Of a stretch of DNA of 64,000 bases, positions 58,184 through 64,000 are shown one piece after another. How positions within the stretch are numbered: position 1 is the first letter of the stretch; each line of letters starts with the position of its first letter. A model generated the notes under the pieces. The model searched no databases. It was given only the letters and a program-made list of their open reading frames with translations, and had not been told where the DNA came from. Location of the stretch: positions 1,060-65,059 of IMG/VR virus record IMGVR_UViG_2880949579_000002. The stretch is one strand, 5' to 3'. The stretch is from a virus. Its lineage: Duplodnaviria > Caudoviricetes. The position numbers and the translations under genes are program-made.

Positions 58184-60124
58184 ATGAAGAACTTAGAAAT
58201 TGATATCGAAACCTATTCATCTACTAATCTACAAAAAAGTGGTGTTTATCGTTACGTAGAAGCAGATGATTTTGAGGTGATGCTGTTTGCTTATGCGGTT
58301 GACGGTGGTGAGGTTAAGGTCATCGATTTGATGAATGGAGAAAAGATTCCAAAAGAAATCCTAGATGCCTTAACCGATGAAACCATTACGAAGTGGGCAT
58401 TTAATGCTCAGTTTGAGCGAGTCTGCCTTTCACGTTATTTGGGCTATCCCACTGAGACTTATCTAAATCCTTCCTCATGGAAATGTTCCATGGTTTGGTC
58501 TGCCTATATGGGGCTTCCTCTTTCTTTAGAAGGTGTAGGTGCAGTGCTAGGACTTGAAAAGCAAAAGCTGACGGAGGGTAAAGACCTGATACGATACTTT
58601 TGTGTTCCATGTACTCCAACAAAAATAAATGGTGGTAGAACCCGTAACCTACCCACTGATGAAATCGATAAATGGCAGCAGTTTAAAGCATATAACAAGC
58701 GTGATGTGGAGGCAGAAATACAGATACAACAAAGATTGATTAAGTTTCCAGTACCAGAGGACATCTGGGAGGAGTATCATCTCGATCAAGAAGTCAACGA
58801 CCGTGGTATAAAGGTGGATATGGATTTTGTTAAGCAGGCCATTGCCATGGATGACATATCTCATGAAAAACTACTAACTGCCATGCAGCAGATAACAAAT
58901 CTCGATAACCCAAACTCTGTACAACAGATGAAAGGCTGGCTTTCTGAAAACGGTCTAGAGATGGAGACTCTCGGTAAAAAAGCTGTCGCTGAGAAACTTA
59001 AGGAAACCGATGGTGAACTAAATGAAGTTCTTTCACTTCGTCAGCAACTGGCAAAATCCTCGGTAAAGAAATATACAGCAATGGAAAATGCGGTCTGTAG
59101 TGATTCAAGAGCTAGAGGTATGTTTCAGTTTTATGGAGCTAACAGAACAGGACGTTTTGCCGGAAGGCTTGTGCAATTACAAAACCTCCCTCAAAACCAT
59201 ATGCCAGATTTAAAAGAGGCGCGAAATATTGTTAGAAATGGTGATGTTGAAACACTAGAACTGCTCTATGAAGATATACCTGATACCCTCTCACAACTGA
59301 TTCGTACAGCCTTTGTACCTAGAGTTGGTCATAAGTTTATTGTGTCTGACTTCTCAGCCATTGAGGCTCGTGTGCTTTCATGGCTCGCAGGCGAAACATG
59401 GCGAACAAAGGTATTTGCTAGTGGTGGTGATATCTACTGCGCATCTGCCTCTCAGATGTTTAACGTTCCCGTTGAAAAGCATGGTGTGAACGGTCATTTG
59501 AGACAGAAGGGTAAAATCGCTGAATTGGCACTCGGCTATGGCGGATCTGTCGGTGCATTAAAAGCGATGGGAGCACTAGAGATGGGGCTTGAAGAGGAAG
59601 AATTAAAACCGCTTGTGAATGCTTGGAGAATGTCTAATCCCAACATCACACAGTTCTGGTGGGATGTAGATCGGGCGGCTAAACAATGTGTAAAAGAAAA
59701 CAAATCACAGGAAACCCGTGGCATCGAGTTTCATTGTTTTAGTGGCATGCTTTTTATCGTTCTTCCTTCCGGCAGAAGGCTTGCCTATGTAAAACCTCGA
59801 ATTGGTGAGAATCAGTTTGGTGGTGAGTCTGTTACCTATGAAGGAGTAGGTGGAACAAAGAAATGGGAGCGTCTTGAAAGTTACGGTCCTAAGTTTGTAG
59901 AGAATATTGTTCAAGCCATCTCCCGTGATATTTTGATGTATTCAATGAAGATGCTTAGTACTTATCGTATTGTGGCTCATGTCCATGATGAAGTCATTAT
60001 TGAAGCCGATCCTCAAATATCGGTTACTGAAGTATGTAAACAGATGAGTCAAGTGCCACCTTGGGCAAAAGGGCTGCTCCTTGACGCCGATGGCTATGAA
60101 TGCGACTTTTATCAAAAAGATTAA
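58184..60124 (+). CDS. Family A DNA polymerase
   Basis: DIET exonuclease I, TGRFAG..QLQN, DFSAIEAR motif A, RQKGK..L..GYG motif B, HVHDE motif C. Confidence 0.93.
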   Translation: MKNLEIDIETYSSTNLQKSGVYRYVEADDFEVMLFAYAVDGGEVKVIDLMNGEKIPKEILDALTDETITKWAFNAQFERVCLSRYLGYPTETYLNPSSWKCSMVWSAYMGLPLSLEGVGAVLGLEKQKLTEGKDLIRYFCVPCTPTKINGGRTRNLPTDEIDKWQQFKAYNKRDVEAEIQIQQRLIKFPVPEDIWEEYHLDQEVNDRGIKVDMDFVKQAIAMDDISHEKLLTAMQQITNLDNPNSVQQMKGWLSENGLEMETLGKKAVAEKLKETDGELNEVLSLRQQLAKSSVKKYTAMENAVCSDSRARGMFQFYGANRTGRFAGRLVQLQNLPQNHMPDLKEARNIVRNGDVETLELLYEDIPDTLSQLIRTAFVPRVGHKFIVSDFSAIEARVLSWLAGETWRTKVFASGGDIYCASASQMFNVPVEKHGVNGHLRQKGKIAELALGYGGSVGALKAMGALEMGLEEEELKPLVNAWRMSNPNITQFWWDVDRAAKQCVKENKSQETRGIEFHCFSGMLFIVLPSGRRLAYVKPRIGENQFGGESVTYEGVGGTKKWERLESYGPKFVENIVQAISRDILMYSMKMLSTYRIVAHVHDEVIIEADPQISVTEVCKQMSQVPPWAKGLLLDADGYECDFYQKD

Positions 60125-60132
60125 AGAAATCA

Positions 60133-60166
60133 TCAGATTTCACCTCCTGCCGTGGCTACTAGGTAG
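60133..60166 (+). promoter_or_regulatory. Bipartite motif copy 3
   Basis: TCAGATT-TCACCTCCTGCCGT-GGCTACTAGGTAG. Confidence 0.75.
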
Positions 60167-60179
60167 GAGGTGTTTTTCT

Positions 60180-60395
60180 ATGAACATTTTTGAAGTAAAA
60201 GATGGCTGTCCGTTAAAGGGCAAGACCGATCAGATGACAGAGGAAGAATTACAAAAGGAATATGACTTTCACATAGCCGAGAGCATTGTCGCAAACCTAT
60301 ATAAAGAAGGCAAAATCACAGTGGATGAATTACACAAAATATCAGCCTTGAACAGGCAGAAATTCTCTCCCCGTTTAGCCGAGATTATGTCCTAA
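60180..60395 (+). CDS. SHOCT-like small protein, candidate recombination directionality factor
   Basis: AGGAGG RBS; LYKEGKITVDELHKI; precedes the recombinases. Confidence 0.7.
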   Translation: MNIFEVKDGCPLKGKTDQMTEEELQKEYDFHIAESIVANLYKEGKITVDELHKISALNRQKFSPRLAEIMS

Positions 60396-60433
60396 AAAGC
60401 TTGCTATTAATAGCTTTTAGAGTGATGTATGTA
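60395..60433 (+). promoter_or_regulatory. Promoter-like motif copy B upstream of the recombinases
   Basis: Matches 36020-36058. Confidence 0.65.
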
Positions 60434-60453
60434 ATGGGCGAAAGCGAGGTGAG

Positions 60454-62019
60454 ATGATGAAAAAGATAACAAAAATAGATGAACTGACCCAGGGACAACT
60501 ACCTACTACGAAACTTAGGGTTGCCGCCTATGCTAGAGTCTCAACCGATAGTGATGAACAACTTGAAAGCCTTAAAGCACAGCGTGAACACTATGAGCGC
60601 TATATTAAGTCTAATCCTGAATGGGAGTTTGCTGGTCTTTATTATGACGAAGGGATCTCCGGCACCAAGATGGAGAAACGGACTGAACTGCTCCGCATGA
60701 TACGAGATTGTAAGCAAGGTCGGATAGATTTTATTATCACCAAATCAATCAGCCGCTTTGCTCGTAATACAGTAGATTGCCTAGAGTTAGTAAGAAAGCT
60801 GATTGATATCGGTGTTTACATTTATTTTGAAAAAGAGAATCTAAATACGGGTGATATGGAAAGTGAGCTGATGCTTTCTATCCTTTCTGGATTTGCTGCA
60901 GAAGAGTCTGCATCTATTTCACAAAACTCAACATGGTCCATTCAAAAGAGATTTCAAAACGGCAGTTATGTAGGTACTCCACCCTATGGATATACCAATA
61001 TAGATGGTGAAATGGTAATCGTCCCAGAAGAAGCAGAAATCATCAAACGTATTTTTGCAGAGTGCCTTTCAGGGAAAGGTGGAGGTACTATAGCAAGAGG
61101 TTTGAACAAAGACAAAATCCCTGCAAGACGAGGTAATCACTGGAGTGCAGGCACGGTGATAGACATGCTTCGAAACGAAAAATATATGGGTGATGTCCTA
61201 CTACAAAAGACTTACACAGATAGTAACTACAATCGCCATCCAAATACAGGCGAAAAAGACCAGTACTATTACAAGGACAATCATGAAGCGATTATTAGTA
61301 GAGAAGACTTTGCTAAGACACAAGATCTCATTGATGAAAGAGCCAAGATGAAGTGTAAGGGCATGAAAAAGAACGTTTATCTTAATCGATATGCTTTAAG
61401 TGGCAAGATTGTCTGTGGAGAGTGTGGTCGCAATTTTAGGAGAAAGACAAACTACTCAGCTGGTAGGAGTTACATTGCTTGGAGTTGCATCGGTCATATC
61501 GAAGACAAAGAGAGTTGCTCCATGTTGTTCTTGCGAGATGGGGAAATCAAAGCCACATTTACAACCATGATGAATAAGCTTGCTTTCAGTAACAAGCTAA
61601 TCCTAGAGCCACTTTTCAAATCAATTAGCCAAATCGATGAAGAAAGCGACCGTGAAAGAATGGATGCTATTGATAAGCGAATGGAGCAACTCATGGAAGA
61701 ACGCAACACCCTTATTACACTGATGGCCAAAGGTTTCCTTGAGCCAGCTCTTTTTAATCAGGAACGAAATGTTTTAGATAGTGAGATGAAAAATCTTTCA
61801 ACTGAAAAAACAAACCTTGTATCAAATTCCGCGAGTGGGATTTTGCGAGCAAACGAGATAAAGGACCTCATTGATTACGTGTCAGCAAATAATTTTAATG
61901 GTGACTACACGGAAGAATTATTTGAAGAATTTGTAGAGAACATCATTGTAAATTCCAGGGATGAGCTGACATTCAATTTGAAATGCGGTCTTTCCCTGAA
62001 AGAAAAGGTGGTGAGATAA
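60454..62019 (+). CDS. Large serine recombinase 1
   Basis: [25 protein letters not shown] Zn ribbon. Confidence 0.93.
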   Translation: MMKKITKIDELTQGQLPTTKLRVAAYARVSTDSDEQLESLKAQREHYERYIKSNPEWEFAGLYYDEGISGTKMEKRTELLRMIRDCKQGRIDFIITKSISRFARNTVDCLELVRKLIDIGVYIYFEKENLNTGDMESELMLSILSGFAAEESASISQNSTWSIQKRFQNGSYVGTPPYGYTNIDGEMVIVPEEAEIIKRIFAECLSGKGGGTIARGLNKDKIPARRGNHWSAGTVIDMLRNEKYMGDVLLQKTYTDSNYNRHPNTGEKDQYYYKDNHEAIISREDFAKTQDLIDERAKMKCKGMKKNVYLNRYALSGKIVCGECGRNFRRKTNYSAGRSYIAWSCIGHIEDKESCSMLFLRDGEIKATFTTMMNKLAFSNKLILEPLFKSISQIDEESDRERMDAIDKRMEQLMEERNTLITLMAKGFLEPALFNQERNVLDSEMKNLSTEKTNLVSNSASGILRANEIKDLIDYVSANNFNGDYTEELFEEFVENIIVNSRDELTFNLKCGLSLKEKVVR

Positions 62020-62436
62020 ATGGCATATATTCCATATGGATACAGAATTCAAGACGGAGTTGTTACTGTCGATGAAAAGGCAGCAGGTCAAGTAAAGGTA
62101 TTCTTTGAGAAATACATATCAGGACTATCCCTTACAGTGGCTGGCGAACAAGCAGGTATTGATAAGACACACTCTGTGATGGGACGCATTTTGAAAAACG
62201 TCAACTACCTTGGAAATGATACGTATCCAGCAATCATTGATAAAGAGATATTTGATAAAGCTGAAGAAGTTAGAGATAAGCGTGCAAAGGATTTAGGACG
62301 AGTGGTAGAGCTTGCCGCTTTCACCTCTCCCCCTCCCAAAGAACGATTTAAAATGAGAAAGGCAGATAATAAGATGCCAGTTGATCCTTTTGAACGAGCA
62401 GAATACTTATACAGTCTGATAGAAAGCGAGGAATAA
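62020..62436 (+). CDS. Short recombinase-domain protein without catalytic domain
   Basis: PYGY..IL.N..YLG...YPAII..E.F. Confidence 0.8.
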   Translation: MAYIPYGYRIQDGVVTVDEKAAGQVKVFFEKYISGLSLTVAGEQAGIDKTHSVMGRILKNVNYLGNDTYPAIIDKEIFDKAEEVRDKRAKDLGRVVELAAFTSPPPKERFKMRKADNKMPVDPFERAEYLYSLIESEE

Positions 62437-62437
62437 A

Positions 62438-64000
62438 GTGACAGAGAAAAATATAATGGTTATTCCTGCTCGTAAAAGAGTAGGAAGTACAGCCGCAAAA
62501 GAAAAGATAAAGAAACTTCGTGTTGCTGCCTATTGCCGTGTTTCTACAGAAACAGAAGAACAAAATTCTAGCTATGAGGTTCAGGTCGCACACTATACAG
62601 AGTTTATAAAGAAAAATACTGAGTGGGAGTTTGCTGGCATCTTTGCAGATGATGGTATCTCCGGGACGAACACCAAAAAGCGTGACGAATTTAATCGTAT
62701 GATTGCAGAGTGCATGGACGGTAACATCGATATGGTTATTACAAAATCCATCAGCCGATTTGCACGTAACACCCTAGACTGCCTTCAATATATTAGACAG
62801 CTCAAGGATAAAAACATATCCGTCTATTTTGAGAAAGAGAACATCAACACCACGGATGCCAAAGGTGAGGTTTTGCTGACTATTATGGCATCTCTAGCAC
62901 AACAGGAAAGCCAGAGCCTTTCTCAAAACGTTAAGCTTGGTCTACAGTACCGATACCAACAAGGAAAGGTGCAGGTCAACCATAAACGATTTATGGGCTA
63001 CACGAAAGATGAAGATGGAAATTTAATTATTGTCTCCGAAGAAGCTGAGATTATCAAACGCATCTACCGAGAATACCTTGAAGGTCAGAGTCTAGTGGGC
63101 ATTGGTCGAGCCCTTGAAAAGGATGGTATTTTAACAGCAGCGGGAAAACCAAGATGGCGACCAGAATCAGTTAAGAAGATACTTCAAAACGAAAAATACA
63201 TCGGAGATGCCCTTCTGCAAAAGACTGTTACTGTAGATTTTCTAACCAAGAAACGAGTTAAGAATGAAGGTCATCTTCCCCAGTATTATGTTGAAAATAG
63301 CCATGAGGCGATTATTCCTAAAGAGTTATTTTTGCAGGTGCAGGAAGAGGTTCATCGAAGAAGCAATATCTACACAGGAGAAGGCAAGAACAAACGAATT
63401 TATAGTAGCAAGTATGCTTTAAGTGCCATCACCTTCTGTGGAGATTGTGGCGATATTTATAGGAGAACCTATTGGAATATTCATGGTAGAAAAGAATTTG
63501 TCTGGCGATGCGTGACTAGAATCGAGCAAGGTCCTGAGGTCTGTAAGAACCGAACCGTAAAAGAAGATGAACTCTATGGTGCGGTAATGACAGCGATTAA
63601 TAAGCTACTTGCAGGTGGCAATAACATGATAAAAACCCTGGAAGAGAACATTCATGCTGTGATTGGCGAAACCACAGAGTATCAAATTGCAGAGATTAAT
63701 AATTTACTAGAAGAAAAACAAAAAGACCTCATCAAGCTGGCCAATAAGAGTCAAGATTATGAACATCTAGCAGATGAGATTGATGAGCTGAGAGACAAGC
63801 GACAGCTCCTTTTAGTAGAAGATGCCTCCCTCAGTGGCGAGAACGAGCGAATCAATGAGCTGATTGAATTTATCCGCAAGAACAAATTCCGTACCTTAGA
63901 GTACGATGATAAGCTTGTAAGGAAGATAATCCAGAGCGTTACAGTCTATGAAGAACACTTCGTCATAGCCTTTAAATCTGGCATCGAAATGGAAATATGA
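62438..64000 (+). CDS. Large serine recombinase 2
   Basis: [25 protein letters not shown]; stop codon at the window end. Confidence 0.93.
   Translation: MTEKNIMVIPARKRVGSTAAKEKIKKLRVAAYCRVSTETEEQNSSYEVQVAHYTEFIKKNTEWEFAGIFADDGISGTNTKKRDEFNRMIAECMDGNIDMVITKSISRFARNTLDCLQYIRQLKDKNISVYFEKENINTTDAKGEVLLTIMASLAQQESQSLSQNVKLGLQYRYQQGKVQVNHKRFMGYTKDEDGNLIIVSEEAEIIKRIYREYLEGQSLVGIGRALEKDGILTAAGKPRWRPESVKKILQNEKYIGDALLQKTVTVDFLTKKRVKNEGHLPQYYVENSHEAIIPKELFLQVQEEVHRRSNIYTGEGKNKRIYSSKYALSAITFCGDCGDIYRRTYWNIHGRKEFVWRCVTRIEQGPEVCKNRTVKEDELYGAVMTAINKLLAGGNNMIKTLEENIHAVIGETTEYQIAEINNLLEEKQKDLIKLANKSQDYEHLADEIDELRDKRQLLLVEDASLSGENERINELIEFIRKNKFRTLEYDDKLVRKIIQSVTVYEEHFVIAFKSGIEMEI

Larger units (their letters stand above)
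10688..64000 (+). mobile_element. Prophage (siphovirus morphotype, serine-recombinase type, rlmD-integrated); right att lies beyond the window
   Basis: Full replication, packaging, head, tail, lysis and recombinase modules. Confidence 0.92.

Noticed and set aside
713-62593. Many short minus-strand and out-of-frame ORFs in the ORF track
   Set aside because: They overlap well-supported + strand genes and show no recognisable motifs; treated as shadow ORFs
10730-64000. Antibiotic-resistance cargo such as mef or tet, found in some similar prophages
   Set aside because: No such ORF is recognisable in this window

Overview
Low-GC Firmicute (Bacillota) DNA carrying two mobile elements stacked at one insertion site, with all supported genes on the + strand. 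(1) About 1-10.7 kb is the right end of an ICE-like element: vWA/LPXTG pilus adhesin, sortase, AP2-domain protein, Cna-B repeat protein, sigma-70 region-4 regulator and a large serine recombinase whose stop codon lies inside a copy of the 3' end of rlmD/rumA (HVETVVLMSRVEK*). (2) About 10.7-64 kb is an apparently near-complete siphovirus-type prophage. Its gene content resembles rumA-integrating streptococcal prophages such as phi-m46.1, which I did not confirm by alignment. It ends in three serine-recombinase genes. The most unusual part is the prophage-borne type I restriction-modification (R-M) locus at 11.1-23.4 kb. It has an apparently inactive MTase-TRD fusion, an ADP-ribosylglycohydrolase fused to an NPPF-type HsdM, and a second NPPY-type HsdM (the m4C/m6A two-MTase pattern). 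It also has two tandem hsdS genes plus a spare TRD cassette bounded by short repeats around a tyrosine recombinase (a candidate specificity shufflon), and hsdR. A second highlight is a readable regulatory circuit: an IrrE/ImmA-HTH regulator with paired operators, a switchable RNA leader controlling a phage sigma-like factor, and a bipartite motif (TCAGATT-N14-GGCTACTAGGTAG) present three times ahead of the replication, DNA polymerase and recombinase modules. No CRISPR array, rRNA, tRNA or recognisable resistance gene was seen. All product calls come from motif recognition, not database searches.
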